NCBI GenBank assembly: GCA_902515625.1
Contig: CABXVD010000001.1
Location: forward strand, 3,961-67,960
Length of the DNA stretch: 64,000 nucleotides
Reading direction: 5' to 3'
DNA from: an uncultured Pelagibacteraceae bacterium
Lineage (GTDB): Bacteria; Pseudomonadota; Alphaproteobacteria; Pelagibacterales; Pelagibacteraceae
Shown one piece after another: positions 48,843 through 59,231 of the stretch. Position numbers and translations under genes: made by a program. The notes under the pieces were generated by a model. The model was not told where the DNA came from and made no database searches. It saw only the letters and a program-made list of their open reading frames with translations. Within the stretch, counting starts at the first letter, position 1; the number at the start of each line of letters is the position of its first letter.

Positions 48843-49748
48843 TTGTCTAAACAAAAAACAAATTTTTTAGCCTTTTCATTACTTTTTATTCAACCAATTT
48901 TTATGTCTTCCAATCTGATAGTTGCTAGAGGAGGTATTGAATTTGTTCCCCCGATTTCTTTAGCGTTTTGGAGATGGACGTTTGTTTTTATAATTCTTTT
49001 ACCTTTTACATATTTATCACTTAAAAAAAATTATTCTATAATCAAAAAAGAATATAAAAAATTATTTTTCTTAGGCGCTATGGGATGTGGGGTATGTGGT
49101 GCTTTTCCATTTTTAGCTGGAGCAACAACAACCGTTACTAATATGGCTATTATTTATACTTCATCACCAATTTTTATAATTATGATCTCAGCAATATTTT
49201 TTCAAGAAAAAATAAATTTTCTAAAAATAATTGGATTAATTTCTTGTTTAATTGGTGTTTTTGCAATTATCATAAAAGGTGATTTAAATTTGTTAATAAA
49301 TTTAAAGTTTACAATTGGTGATCTATGGATGCTTGCGGCAGCTGTAGGTTGGGCATTATATTCAATCTATCTCTTCTATTGGAAATCCGAATTATCAATT
49401 TTTCAAAGATTTACTTTAGTTTCTTTTTTTGGTGCACTTAGTTTATTACCTTTTTATATGGCTGAAGAGTTTCTTGTAGCTAGAACTGTTTTTAACGAAG
49501 AATTTTATATGTGGGTATTATTTGCAGCTATATCCCCAGGAATAATTGCATTTACGTTATACACTCAAGCTCAAAAAAACCTAGGAGCATCTTTAACTGG
49601 TTTTACTCTTTACGTTTTTACAATTTATGGGGCAATTTACGGATATTTTTTATTTGATGAAAAACTTGAATCGTTTCATTATGTAGGTACAGCTTTGGTA
49701 TTCTTGGGTGTTTATCTAGCTAAAAAAAATTATGAGACTAAAACGTAG
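48843..49748 (+). CDS. DMT/EamA family transporter
   Basis: PPISLAFWRW, GDLWML and about 10 TM helices in two repeats. Confidence 0.9.
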   Translation: MSKQKTNFLAFSLLFIQPIFMSSNLIVARGGIEFVPPISLAFWRWTFVFIILLPFTYLSLKKNYSIIKKEYKKLFFLGAMGCGVCGAFPFLAGATTTVTNMAIIYTSSPIFIIMISAIFFQEKINFLKIIGLISCLIGVFAIIIKGDLNLLINLKFTIGDLWMLAAAVGWALYSIYLFYWKSELSIFQRFTLVSFFGALSLLPFYMAEEFLVARTVFNEEFYMWVLFAAISPGIIAFTLYTQAQKNLGASLTGFTLYVFTIYGAIYGYFLFDEKLESFHYVGTALVFLGVYLAKKNYETKT

Positions 49749-50550
49749 GAATTTTTTCTTGGAAATTATAATTGGGATTATAACTATTTATCTCTCAATA
49801 TTAATTTTGCTTTTTATATTTCAGCGAAATCTCATGTATCATCCAGAAGAAAATAACTATTTTGGGGATAAGCTAGAAGTAGAAATAGAAAAGGTTAATA
49901 TTAGAACAAGTGATAACATTAATCTTGTGGGCTGGTTTCATAACAAGAGTTTAGATAATTATAAAACTATACTTTACTTTCATGGAAATGCAGGAAAACT
50001 AGAAAATAGAATATATAAATTAAATCATTTTAAAGATTTAGATGTAAATTTTTTAATCATAGCCTGGAGGGGTTTTAGTGGCAATGAGGGAAAACCCACA
50101 GAAAATAACCTTTATATTGATGGAAATAGTGCAATTGATTGGCTTAAAAAAAAGGGTGTAGTTGAAAAAGATATAATTATTTATGGTGAATCGCTTGGCA
50201 CAGGGATAGCAACAGAGATAGCTCAAAATAAAAATTTCGCTGGATTAATTTTGGAGACACCTTTTACCTCCATGGTGGAAGCTGCAAAAAATTTTTATCC
50301 CTACATACCTGTAGGACTTCTTTTAAAAGATAAATACAAAAACAAAGAAAAAATTAAAAATATTAAAGTTCCTGTTTTGATCATGCATGGTGAAGCTGAT
50401 CAAATAGTTCCTTTCTGGATGGGGAAAAAAATATTTGATTTAGCAAATAATCCAAAATATTCATATTTTACAGAATATGATGACCACATGATGGAGTACG
50501 ATTCCAAGCTAGTTTCTGAGCTAAATAACTTTTTAAAAGGATTAAATTAA
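49732..50550 (+). CDS. Membrane-anchored alpha/beta hydrolase (ABHD13/Bem46-like)
   Basis: YFHGNAG, RGFSGNEG.P.E, GESLG and HG..DQIVP. Confidence 0.9.
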   Translation: MRLKRRNFFLEIIIGIITIYLSILILLFIFQRNLMYHPEENNYFGDKLEVEIEKVNIRTSDNINLVGWFHNKSLDNYKTILYFHGNAGKLENRIYKLNHFKDLDVNFLIIAWRGFSGNEGKPTENNLYIDGNSAIDWLKKKGVVEKDIIIYGESLGTGIATEIAQNKNFAGLILETPFTSMVEAAKNFYPYIPVGLLLKDKYKNKEKIKNIKVPVLIMHGEADQIVPFWMGKKIFDLANNPKYSYFTEYDDHMMEYDSKLVSELNNFLKGLN

Positions 50551-50599
50551 GCCACATTCTAAACAAATATAATTCAAACTTTTTTTTTAATAATTAAGG

Positions 50600-51163
50600 A
50601 TGAAAAAATTATATTTATTTATTTTTATATTATTTACATTCAAAACCATTAGTTCTGCTAATGAAAATTTATCTTCAGTTGATAAATTATTTCATATTGA
50701 TCAAATGAATTCTCACAATGAAAGCTTTGCTTTATATTTTAAAACACGTGAAAAGGCTATTTTGGCGAAGGGAGAAGATAGTAATTATATAAATGATTAT
50801 CCTAAAGATCTTTATATTTATAATTATAAAACTAAAAGTTCTTTACCTTTGATATCCCACGAATGGTTTCCAACAAAAGCTAAATATTTTTTACAAGAAT
50901 ATGATTTTCCAGTCTTCCCAGATGATTTTGCTTATTATTTATTAAAAGATAACAAAACACTTGTAATGATTAGTGCTGTTAAAAGCTTAAGAGCAAACTT
51001 TAAATTTGATATTATAGAAAAGAAATTGGAAATTTATCCATTTAATGGAAAATTTGATTTTATTATTTCTTCAATTGCAAAAGGCTGTGACCATTATGAT
51101 TTTAAGGATAATTATAAATGTAGTTTTTATAAACCTTTAATCTCAAGCACTTTAATTAATTAA
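50600..51163 (+). CDS. Exported hypothetical protein
   Basis: 187 aa with signal peptide and two C-terminal Cys; no family recognised. Confidence 0.72.
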   Translation: MKKLYLFIFILFTFKTISSANENLSSVDKLFHIDQMNSHNESFALYFKTREKAILAKGEDSNYINDYPKDLYIYNYKTKSSLPLISHEWFPTKAKYFLQEYDFPVFPDDFAYYLLKDNKTLVMISAVKSLRANFKFDIIEKKLEIYPFNGKFDFIISSIAKGCDHYDFKDNYKCSFYKPLISSTLIN

Positions 51164-52073
51164 TTTGAGTAAAAGCTTCGGCAAACTTTTCTGCCTCAAA
51201 AATCTGTAGATCATCTTCTTTTTCCCCTAAACCAAGAGCAATAATTGGTAGCTTATATTTTTTAGCAACTGCTAGAAGAATGCCACCCTTGGCTGTCCCA
51301 TCTAATTTGGTCATTATTAGCCCTGTGATAGGAATAATTTTATTAAATTCTTCGACTTGATTAATCACATTTTGTCCAGAGGTAGCGTCTAAAACTAAAA
51401 TTACATCGTGAGGAGCTTCAGAATCTACTTTTTTTGTTACGTTTGCAATTTTTTTGTATTCTTCCATTAAATTTTTTTTGTTTTGTAATCTTCCAGCAGT
51501 GTCTATCAAAACTTGATCAAATTGATTATTTACCGCCTCTTCTATTGCTTTATATGCCACTGAAGCTGGATCAGATCCTTGTGATGATTTAGTAATTGAA
51601 ACACCTACTTTTTTTGACCAGTTTTCTAATTGTTCAATAGCTGCTGCTCTAAATGTATCTGATGCAGCAAGCATAACTTTATTTCGATTACCTTTAAATA
51701 TTTTACTAATTTTTCCTATGGTAGTTGTTTTGCCAACTCCATTAACACCAGAAATTAGTATTACGTTAAGTTTTTGTTTTTTTTTAAAAAATTCGAAATT
51801 TTCTAAAGGTTTCATCAATTCAATTATATAATTTTTTAAAATAGTATTTATCTCATCTGCTGCATCTTTGTTTGGATCAATTTTAGTTTGGGAAACAATT
51901 TCTCTAATTTCTGATGCAGCAGCAATCCCAACATCAGATTGAATCAAATAATCTTCAATCTTATCTAATGTTTTGTCATCTATTTCTGTTTTAATGACAA
52001 TATTTTTTAAACCTGAACTAAATGCTGACGCACTTTTCTTAAAACCAGATTTAAATTTATCAAAAATTCCCAT
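51156..52073 (-). CDS. ftsY: SRP receptor FtsY (NG domain only)
   Basis: GVNGVGKTTT, DTFRAAA, DTAGR and TKLDGTAKGG. Confidence 0.97.
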   Translation of the reverse strand: MGIFDKFKSGFKKSASAFSSGLKNIVIKTEIDDKTLDKIEDYLIQSDVGIAAASEIREIVSQTKIDPNKDAADEINTILKNYIIELMKPLENFEFFKKKQKLNVILISGVNGVGKTTTIGKISKIFKGNRNKVMLAASDTFRAAAIEQLENWSKKVGVSITKSSQGSDPASVAYKAIEEAVNNQFDQVLIDTAGRLQNKKNLMEEYKKIANVTKKVDSEAPHDVILVLDATSGQNVINQVEEFNKIIPITGLIMTKLDGTAKGGILLAVAKKYKLPIIALGLGEKEDDLQIFEAEKFAEAFTQIN

Positions 52074-52897
52074 TAAATTTTTATATTAATTTCTTTAATA
52101 TCAGAAACGGGTCCTTTCATGTGAATACTGTTATTTTCATCAATAAATATAGACAACTTACCAGTAGAAAACTCTATATCCACCTTGTTACCTGAAAGTC
52201 TATTTCTTATTGCAGCAAAAGCAGTAGCGCAAGCTGCTGTTCCACAAGCCTTAGTAAGACCTGCTCCTCTTTCCCACACTTTAACTTTAATTAATTCCTT
52301 ATTAACTACTGTTGCTAAAGTGACATTACATTTTTCTGGAAATAACGGATGGTGTTCAATTTGGGGTCCAATTTTTTTTATTTCAAAATTTTCATTATTA
52401 TCAACAAAAAAAATGACATGTGGGTTTCCAACATTTACTGCTGTACCGCCAGTATGATTATTATTATTTAGATCAGTTATTTTTATATTAAGGTTATTGG
52501 TATCCAATTCTTTAGAAAGTGGAATTTCATTCCACTCTGTTCTACCTTTCCCAATCTCTGTAGAGACTAGTTTTTCTCCCAATATCTCAGATTTTAAATC
52601 ACCAGATTGTGTAGTTAAAGTAACTAATGATTTATTGTTTTCTTTAGATAACAAGTCTGCAACACATCTTGTTCCATTTCCACATGCTCCAGAAGTTCCA
52701 CCATCAGAATTGTAAAATTCTAGAGATGCATCAGAACTATCGTTTTTAGTTATTAATATTAATTGATCACAACCTATAAATTCTCTATCGCAAATTTTAA
52801 TAATTTGCTCTTTGCTCAAATTAGTAATTTTTTGCCTATTATCTATAATGACAAAATCATTACCTAAACCATCCATTTTAAACGCTTTGATATCCAT
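52073..52897 (-). CDS. dapF: Diaminopimelate epimerase
   Basis: GLGNDF, CGNGTRC, GNPH and WERGAGLTKACGT. Confidence 0.97.
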   Translation of the reverse strand: MDIKAFKMDGLGNDFVIIDNRQKITNLSKEQIIKICDREFIGCDQLILITKNDSSDASLEFYNSDGGTSGACGNGTRCVADLLSKENNKSLVTLTTQSGDLKSEILGEKLVSTEIGKGRTEWNEIPLSKELDTNNLNIKITDLNNNNHTGGTAVNVGNPHVIFFVDNNENFEIKKIGPQIEHHPLFPEKCNVTLATVVNKELIKVKVWERGAGLTKACGTAACATAFAAIRNRLSGNKVDIEFSTGKLSIFIDENNSIHMKGPVSDIKEINIKI

Positions 52898-52949
52898 ATA
52901 TAGATATTTAACTTATTTATTGACTTTTTGAACCTCTATTATAGGTTGT

Positions 52950-53045
52950 TGCCGTTTCCGCAAAAACATTAACTTTGCGGTGTCTTTGGAAACAAAGAGA
53001 TCGACACTAGTCAGCGAGGCTTCGCCCACTAGTGCGATTACTGCT
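52950..53045 (+). ncRNA. Structured ffh 5' leader (probably the alphaproteobacterial ffh RNA motif)
   Basis: GC-rich intergenic region with three hairpins: CCGCAAA/TTTGCGG (52958-52980), TCTTTG-GAAA-CAAAGA (52983-52998) and CACTAGT...ACTAGTG (53005-53034). Confidence 0.75.
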
Positions 53046-53055
53046 GTGTGAAAAT

Positions 53056-54414
53056 ATGTTTGAAAATTTAACAAATAAATTTGAAGAAATCTTTTCTTCT
53101 TTAAAAAAATCACCTTCACTTGATGAAGCTCAAGTTGATGAAGGTTTAAGAGGAATTAGGCAAGCTCTTCTAGAAGCTGATGTGTCTTTAGAGGTTGCTA
53201 AAGATTTTATCGAAAAAGTTAAGCCAAAAGCTTTAGGCCAAGAGATTATTAGATCAACTTCACCAGGGGATATGGTTGTCAAAATTGTCTACGACGAACT
53301 TGTAAGTTTGTTGGGAGAGGCTAATAGCGATATAAATCTTAATGCGGTACCACCTGTCCCAATGATGTTGGTGGGACTTCAGGGTTCGGGTAAAACGACA
53401 ACAACAGCAAAACTTGCCAAGTATTTAGAGAATAATAAAAAGAAAAAAGTTATGATGGTGAGTTTAGATATTTATAGACCAGCGGCTCAAGAGCAACTTA
53501 GATCTTTAGGGGAACAGAATAATATTTTAACCTTACCAATCGTTGAAGGGCAGCAACCAGCAGATATTTGTAGAAGAGCAATTGGTGCTGCTAATTTAAA
53601 TGGTGCTGAAATAATTCTTTTTGATACCGCTGGAAGAACTCAAATTGACTTACAGATGATGAGTGAGATTAAACAAATTGAAGGTGTAATTAATCCAACA
53701 GAAACATTCTTAGTAGCAGACTCTTTAACAGGTCAAGTTGCAGCTTCAGTTGCAAAGGAATTTAAAAATACTGTTAATTTATCAGGAATTATTTTAACTA
53801 GAGCTGACGGTGATGCAAGAGGTGGTGCTGCGGTCAGTATGAAATATGTTTCAAATGTTCCTATTAAATTTTTAGGAATTGGGGAAAAAATTGATAATCT
53901 TGAAGTTTTTCATCCCGACAGAATAGCCAACAGAATTCTTGGAATGGGAGACATAGTTTCTCTTGTTGAAAAAGCGGCTCAAGATCTTGGAGAAGAAAAT
54001 ATAAAAAAAGCGGAAGAAAATTTAAAAAAAGGTCAGTTTTCAATGCAAGATTATTTGGCTCAACTAAGACAAATGAAAAAAATGGGAGGCATCGAAGGAA
54101 TAATGTCATTTATGCCAGGAGTTTCAAAAATTAAATCTCAAATGGACTCAGCTGGAATTGATGAAAGTATTATTACTACAAATGAAGCTATTATTTTGTC
54201 TATGACAGAAAAAGAGAGAGAGAACCCAAAAATAATTGATGGTTCTAGAAAAAAAAGAATTGCTAATGGCTCTGGTACCAATCCAGCCACTATCAATAAA
54301 TTGTTAAAACAATTTAAAATGATGTCTGAAATGATGAAAAAGATGTCTAAAGGAAATATGAAGGGTATGTCTGATAAAGGAATACCACCAGAGCTATTTA
54401 ACCAATTAAAATAA
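53056..54414 (+). CDS. ffh: Signal recognition particle protein Ffh
   Basis: MFENL start at 53056, [15 protein letters not shown] and a Met-rich M domain. Confidence 0.98.
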   Translation: MFENLTNKFEEIFSSLKKSPSLDEAQVDEGLRGIRQALLEADVSLEVAKDFIEKVKPKALGQEIIRSTSPGDMVVKIVYDELVSLLGEANSDINLNAVPPVPMMLVGLQGSGKTTTTAKLAKYLENNKKKKVMMVSLDIYRPAAQEQLRSLGEQNNILTLPIVEGQQPADICRRAIGAANLNGAEIILFDTAGRTQIDLQMMSEIKQIEGVINPTETFLVADSLTGQVAASVAKEFKNTVNLSGIILTRADGDARGGAAVSMKYVSNVPIKFLGIGEKIDNLEVFHPDRIANRILGMGDIVSLVEKAAQDLGEENIKKAEENLKKGQFSMQDYLAQLRQMKKMGGIEGIMSFMPGVSKIKSQMDSAGIDESIITTNEAIILSMTEKERENPKIIDGSRKKRIANGSGTNPATINKLLKQFKMMSEMMKKMSKGNMKGMSDKGIPPELFNQLK

Positions 54415-54428
54415 TAAAAGGAGAAGAT

Positions 54429-54818
54429 ATGTTAAAACTAAGATTATCAAGAGGAGGAACAAAAAAACGTCCGGTATATAAAGTCGTTGTAGCTGATAGC
54501 CGTTTTGCAAGAGATGGAAGATTTATTGAGAAGGTAGGATTTTTTAATCCTCTTTTACCCAAAGATAAAAAAGAAAGAGTAGGTCTTGAGGCTGAAAGAA
54601 TTAAATATTGGCTTGGTCAAGGAGCTAAACCAACAACTAGAGTTGCGAGAATATTGGGAGAAAATGAATTAATGCCAATGCCTGTAAATGGTAATAACCC
54701 CAATAAAGCTATTCCGAAAAAAGAAAGAAATAAAAAAGAGGAAGATAAAACTGAAGCTCCTAAAGCAGACGCAGCACCAGCAGCAGAAGCTCCAAAGGAA
54801 GAAAAAAAAATAGTTTAA
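54429..54818 (+). CDS. rpsP: 30S ribosomal protein S16 with a C-terminal extension
   Basis: [15 protein letters not shown]...DSR..RDGRFIE. Confidence 0.98.
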   Translation: MLKLRLSRGGTKKRPVYKVVVADSRFARDGRFIEKVGFFNPLLPKDKKERVGLEAERIKYWLGQGAKPTTRVARILGENELMPMPVNGNNPNKAIPKKERNKKEEDKTEAPKADAAPAAEAPKEEKKIV

Positions 54819-54827
54819 AAATTATTT

Positions 54828-55514
54828 ATGTGGCAAGCTCAAGTGTTTACACTTTATCCAGAAGTTTTTCCTGGTCCTCTGTCAAAAGGATTATATGGAA
54901 AAGCTATGTCTAAAAAATTATGGGATTTAAAAGTTGTTAACATAAGAGATGCGGCTGAAGATAAACATAAAACTGTAGATGACACACCTTATGGAGGTGG
55001 ATCAGGAATGTTACTAAAAGCAGATGTTCTTGCTAAATCATTAGATCAAAACAGAATTGAAGGTGAAAAAATTTTATATTTGTCTCCTAAAGGAAAAAAA
55101 TTTGATCAAAGCTATGCAAAAAAATTGGCAACTGCAAAATCCTTATCACTTATTTGTGGTCATTTTGAAGGGGTTGACGAGAGAGTATTATCTACAAGAA
55201 ATATAGAAGAAGTCAGTATAGGAGACTATGTTTTGTCTGGAGGTGAAACAGCTGCATATGTTATTATTGATAGTGTTCTCAGGCTTTTACCAGGGGTATT
55301 AGGAAACGATAATTCTAAGATCGAAGAAACTTTTGAAAATGGTCTATTAGAGTATCCGCAATATACAAAACCTCAAATTTGGGAGGAAAAATCAGTACCA
55401 GATGTACTATTATCTGGTGATCATAGTAAAATTAAAGACTGGCGTTTGTCTCAATCTGAGGCTATAACACGCGACCGAAGACCAGATTTATGGGAAAAAT
55501 ATAAGAAAAACTAA
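54828..55514 (+). CDS. trmD: tRNA (guanine37-N1)-methyltransferase
   Basis: [22 protein letters not shown] and [11 protein letters not shown]. Confidence 0.98.
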   Translation: MWQAQVFTLYPEVFPGPLSKGLYGKAMSKKLWDLKVVNIRDAAEDKHKTVDDTPYGGGSGMLLKADVLAKSLDQNRIEGEKILYLSPKGKKFDQSYAKKLATAKSLSLICGHFEGVDERVLSTRNIEEVSIGDYVLSGGETAAYVIIDSVLRLLPGVLGNDNSKIEETFENGLLEYPQYTKPQIWEEKSVPDVLLSGDHSKIKDWRLSQSEAITRDRRPDLWEKYKKN

Positions 55515-55530
55515 TTTGATCATTGCTAAC

Positions 55531-56085
55531 ATGAAAACTATTGAAGAAATAAACCAACATAACGTCAAGAAAATTCTTTCTGAGAAAAAAATTCCAGATT
55601 TTTATCCAGGTGATGTTGTTAAGGTTGGTGTAAGAATTACTGAAGGTAAAAAAGACAGAATCCAATATTTTGAAGGTGTCTGTATCGCTAAAAAAAGTAG
55701 AGATTTAAACTCCTCTTTTACAGTAAGAAAGATTTCTTTCGGAGAAGGAGTTGAAAGAACTTTTCCTTTATATGGAACATTAATAGATTCAATTAAAGTT
55801 ATAAGATCAGGTAAAGTTAGAAGAGCGAAACTATATTATTTAAGAGATAGAACTGGTAAATCAGCAAGAATAGCAGAAAAAATAAGAAAAAAAATCGGTA
55901 TTGATGTTGATGTTAAGCCAGAAACAGTAACAGAAGAAAACGTTGCTCCCGCAGTAGAGGCACCAAAAGAGGTGGCCCCTAAAATAGAAGCAGTACAAGA
56001 CGATACTGTTAAAGCTGAGGAGGCACCAAAAGAAGAGGCTTCTAAGGAAGATCAAAAACTAGAAAGCCCTTCAGAAAAAAAATAA
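55531..56085 (+). CDS. rplS: 50S ribosomal protein L19 with an acidic C-terminal extension
   Basis: [19 protein letters not shown] and [12 protein letters not shown]; start set at ATG 55531. Confidence 0.97.
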   Translation: MKTIEEINQHNVKKILSEKKIPDFYPGDVVKVGVRITEGKKDRIQYFEGVCIAKKSRDLNSSFTVRKISFGEGVERTFPLYGTLIDSIKVIRSGKVRRAKLYYLRDRTGKSARIAEKIRKKIGIDVDVKPETVTEENVAPAVEAPKEVAPKIEAVQDDTVKAEEAPKEEASKEDQKLESPSEKK

Positions 56086-56096
56086 TTTTTTTTTCA

Positions 56097-57500
56097 ATGT
56101 CCACAACTCTTTACGATAAAATATGGAATGATCACTTAGTTGATCAACAAGATGATGGAACAGCCCTTCTTTTTGTTGATAGACATTTAGTTCATGAGGT
56201 GACAAGTCCACAAGCATTTGAAGGATTACGAAACTCAAATAGGAAGGTAAGACATCCTGATTTAACACTAGCAGTTGCAGATCATAACGTTCCAACTACG
56301 GATAGGACTAAAGGAATAGCTGATCAAGAATCTAAAATACAAGTAGATACTTTAGATGCAAATTGTAAAGAATTTGGTGTCCAACTTTTTGGAATGGATG
56401 ACAGAAGACAAGGTATTGTACACATCATAGGTCCAGAACAAGGATTTACTCAACCAGGTACGGTTATTGTATGTGGAGATAGTCATACAGCTACGCATGG
56501 AGCCTTTGGAGCTTTAGCATTTGGAATCGGAACATCTGAAGTCGAACACGTTTTAGCAACACAAACACTAGTTCAGAAGAAAGCAAAAAATTTTAGAATA
56601 AATGTTAATGGTAAACTTCCGTTAGGTGTCACTTCAAAAGATGTAATTCTTCAGATAATTGGAAAAATTGGTACAGCTGGTGGAACAGGTTGTGTAATTG
56701 AATATGCAGGAGATTTAATAAGATCATTGAGCGTTGAGCAAAGAATGACGATCTGCAACATGACAATTGAAGGTGGAGCAAGAGCAGGATTGATTGCGCC
56801 AGATGAAAAAATATTTGAGTATTTAATAGGTAAACCAATGTCACCTAAGGGTGAAAATTGGGAAAAAGCTTTGAATTATTGGAATGGTCTTAAGACTGAT
56901 AGAGAGGCAAATTTTGATAAGGAAATAAATTTAAACGCAGCAGAAATTTTGCCAATGATAACATGGGGAACTTCTCCACAAGATGTTATTACAATTGATG
57001 GAAAAGTTCCTAATCCACAAAGCGAGACAGATGAGGACAGAAAGAATTCAATTGAAAGATCACTGAAATATATGGGGCTAAAACCTGATATGTCAGCAAC
57101 AGATATAAAGATTGATAAGGTTTTTATTGGAAGCTGCACAAACGGAAGAATTGAGGATTTAAGAGAGGCAGCTAAAATTTTAAAAGATAAAAAAATATCA
57201 TCTCATGTTAATGCAATGGTAGTTCCAGGGTCTGGGTTAGTTAAAGAACAAGCTGAACAAGAGGGATTAGATAAGATTTTTATTAGTTCAGGATTTGAGT
57301 GGAGGGAGCCAGGTTGCTCTATGTGTTTAGCAATGAATGCTGACAAGCTTAAGCCGGAGGAAAGATGTGCCTCTACTTCAAATAGAAATTTTGAAGGAAG
57401 ACAAGGCAGAGGGGGCAGAACTCATTTAGTGAGCCCAGGAATGGCAGCTGCAGCCGCTATTTCAGGAAACCTTGACGATGTTAGAAAGTATCAAAATTAA
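56097..57500 (+). CDS. leuC: 3-isopropylmalate dehydratase large subunit
   Basis: [26 protein letters not shown] and [12 protein letters not shown]. Confidence 0.98.
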   Translation: MSTTLYDKIWNDHLVDQQDDGTALLFVDRHLVHEVTSPQAFEGLRNSNRKVRHPDLTLAVADHNVPTTDRTKGIADQESKIQVDTLDANCKEFGVQLFGMDDRRQGIVHIIGPEQGFTQPGTVIVCGDSHTATHGAFGALAFGIGTSEVEHVLATQTLVQKKAKNFRINVNGKLPLGVTSKDVILQIIGKIGTAGGTGCVIEYAGDLIRSLSVEQRMTICNMTIEGGARAGLIAPDEKIFEYLIGKPMSPKGENWEKALNYWNGLKTDREANFDKEINLNAAEILPMITWGTSPQDVITIDGKVPNPQSETDEDRKNSIERSLKYMGLKPDMSATDIKIDKVFIGSCTNGRIEDLREAAKILKDKKISSHVNAMVVPGSGLVKEQAEQEGLDKIFISSGFEWREPGCSMCLAMNADKLKPEERCASTSNRNFEGRQGRGGRTHLVSPGMAAAAAISGNLDDVRKYQN

Positions 57501-58106
57501 ATGCAAAAGTTTAATACATTAAAAAGTATTCCCGCATACTTACCAATAGTTAATATTGATACGGATATGATTATACCTAAGCAATTTTTAAAAACTATTA
57601 AAAGAACTGGACTTGGAAAAAACCTATTTTTTGAAATGAGATACGATGATGAAGGAAAAGAAATTAATAATTTTGTACTTAACAATGATCCATTCAATAA
57701 GTCAAAAATTTTAATTGCAGGCAAAAACTTTGGATGTGGCTCGTCAAGAGAACATGCTCCTTGGGCACTTCTAGATTTTGGAATTACTTGTGTAATCAGT
57801 TCAAGTTATGCAGATATTTTTTATAGTAACTGTTTTAAGAATGGTATTTTGCCAATTATTCTTGAGGAGGAAAAAATAAAAGAGCTTTCAGAATACGCAA
57901 TCAGAAAGGAAGAAATTTCAGTTGATTTAAATGAACAAGTAATTGTTTACGGTAATAGCGAAATTAAGTTTGAAATTGATCCATTTAAAAAAAAGTGTTT
58001 ACTTGAAGGTCTTGATGATATCGCTTTATCTTTAAAAAAATCAGACAAAATTAAAACATTTGAAAATAATTTAAAAAATCAAAAACCTTGGATTTTTAAT
58101 GATTAA
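57501..58106 (+). CDS. leuD: 3-isopropylmalate dehydratase small subunit
   Basis: [13 protein letters not shown] and [13 protein letters not shown]. Confidence 0.98.
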   Translation: MQKFNTLKSIPAYLPIVNIDTDMIIPKQFLKTIKRTGLGKNLFFEMRYDDEGKEINNFVLNNDPFNKSKILIAGKNFGCGSSREHAPWALLDFGITCVISSSYADIFYSNCFKNGILPIILEEEKIKELSEYAIRKEEISVDLNEQVIVYGNSEIKFEIDPFKKKCLLEGLDDIALSLKKSDKIKTFENNLKNQKPWIFND

Positions 58107-59205
58107 GGTAAAAAAAAGAAAAATTCTTTTATTACCTGGTGACGGTATAGGTCCAGAAGTAATAGGTGAAGTGAAAAAAATTATTAATTGGTTTAATGAT
58201 AAAAAATCACTAGATTTTGAAGTAGACGAAGATCTTGCTGGTGGTTGTTCTTATGACAAACATGGAACACCAATTACTGATGAAGTATTTTATAAAGCTT
58301 TAGAGAGTGAAGTTGTTATGTTAGGCGCGGTAGGTGGACCAAAATGGGATGAAGTAGAATTTTCTAAAAAACCAGAAAGAGCATTATTAAAATTAAGAAA
58401 AGAACTAAAACTATTTGCTAATTTACGACCGGCAATATGTTTTGAACAATTGGTAGGTGCTTCAACTTTAAAACCAGAAGTAGTGTCGGGTTTAGACATA
58501 ATGATTGTTAGAGAGCTTACAGGTGGAATATATTTTGGTGAACCAAGAGGAATTAAACCAATTGAAAATGGAGAGAGAAAAGGAATAAATACTCATACAT
58601 ATACGACTAGTGAAATTGTAAGGGTAGCACGTATCGCATTTGATCTAGCAAGAAAAAGATCAAATAAAGTAACTTCTTGTGAAAAATCAAACGTTATGGA
58701 AGCTGGACAGTTATGGAAGGAAGAAGTTCAAGAACTTCATGATAAAGAATTTAAAGATGTGGAATTAAGCCATATGCTCGCTGACAATTGTGCAATGCAG
58801 TTATTAAGAAATCCTAAACAATTTGACGTAATTGTAACTGATAATTTATTTGGTGATATGCTTTCAGATCAAGCTTCAATGCTAACAGGTTCTTTAGGCC
58901 TATTACCATCAGCATCTTTAGGTGCAAAAAATAAGGATGGAGAAATGAGAGCCATGTACGAACCTATTCATGGTTCAGCACCTGATATTGCTGGTAAATC
59001 TATAGCAAATCCTATTGCTTCTATTTTAAGTTTTGCTATGGCCCTAAGATATTCTTTAGACTTAGATAATGAGGCTGATGCATTAGAAAAAGCAGTACAG
59101 CAGGTATTAAATGATGATTTAAGAACTAAAGATATTCTATCAGATGGAATGAAAGAGGTATCAACTTCAGCAATGGGTGATGCGATAATTTCAAAATTGC
59201 AATAA
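58099..59205 (+). CDS. leuB: 3-isopropylmalate dehydrogenase
   Basis: [28 protein letters not shown] and [12 protein letters not shown]. Confidence 0.98.
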   Translation: MIKVKKRKILLLPGDGIGPEVIGEVKKIINWFNDKKSLDFEVDEDLAGGCSYDKHGTPITDEVFYKALESEVVMLGAVGGPKWDEVEFSKKPERALLKLRKELKLFANLRPAICFEQLVGASTLKPEVVSGLDIMIVRELTGGIYFGEPRGIKPIENGERKGINTHTYTTSEIVRVARIAFDLARKRSNKVTSCEKSNVMEAGQLWKEEVQELHDKEFKDVELSHMLADNCAMQLLRNPKQFDVIVTDNLFGDMLSDQASMLTGSLGLLPSASLGAKNKDGEMRAMYEPIHGSAPDIAGKSIANPIASILSFAMALRYSLDLDNEADALEKAVQQVLNDDLRTKDILSDGMKEVSTSAMGDAIISKLQ

Positions 59206-59225
59206 ATCTATAATTATTCTAAACT
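59197..59225 (+). promoter_or_regulatory. Putative sigma70 promoter of the dmd operon (near-leaderless)
   Basis: TTGCAA-N17-TAAACT, 6 nt before the ATG at 59232; no SD. Confidence 0.5.
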
Positions 59226-59231
59226 TTAAAA

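Noticed and set aside
537-58499. Many short ORF-track entries antisense to or nested in long genes (e.g. 537..743, 7105..7455, 30287..30571, 52185..52457, 58290..58499)
   Set aside because: They are shadow frames of well-supported genes, with no motifs or independent initiation signals.
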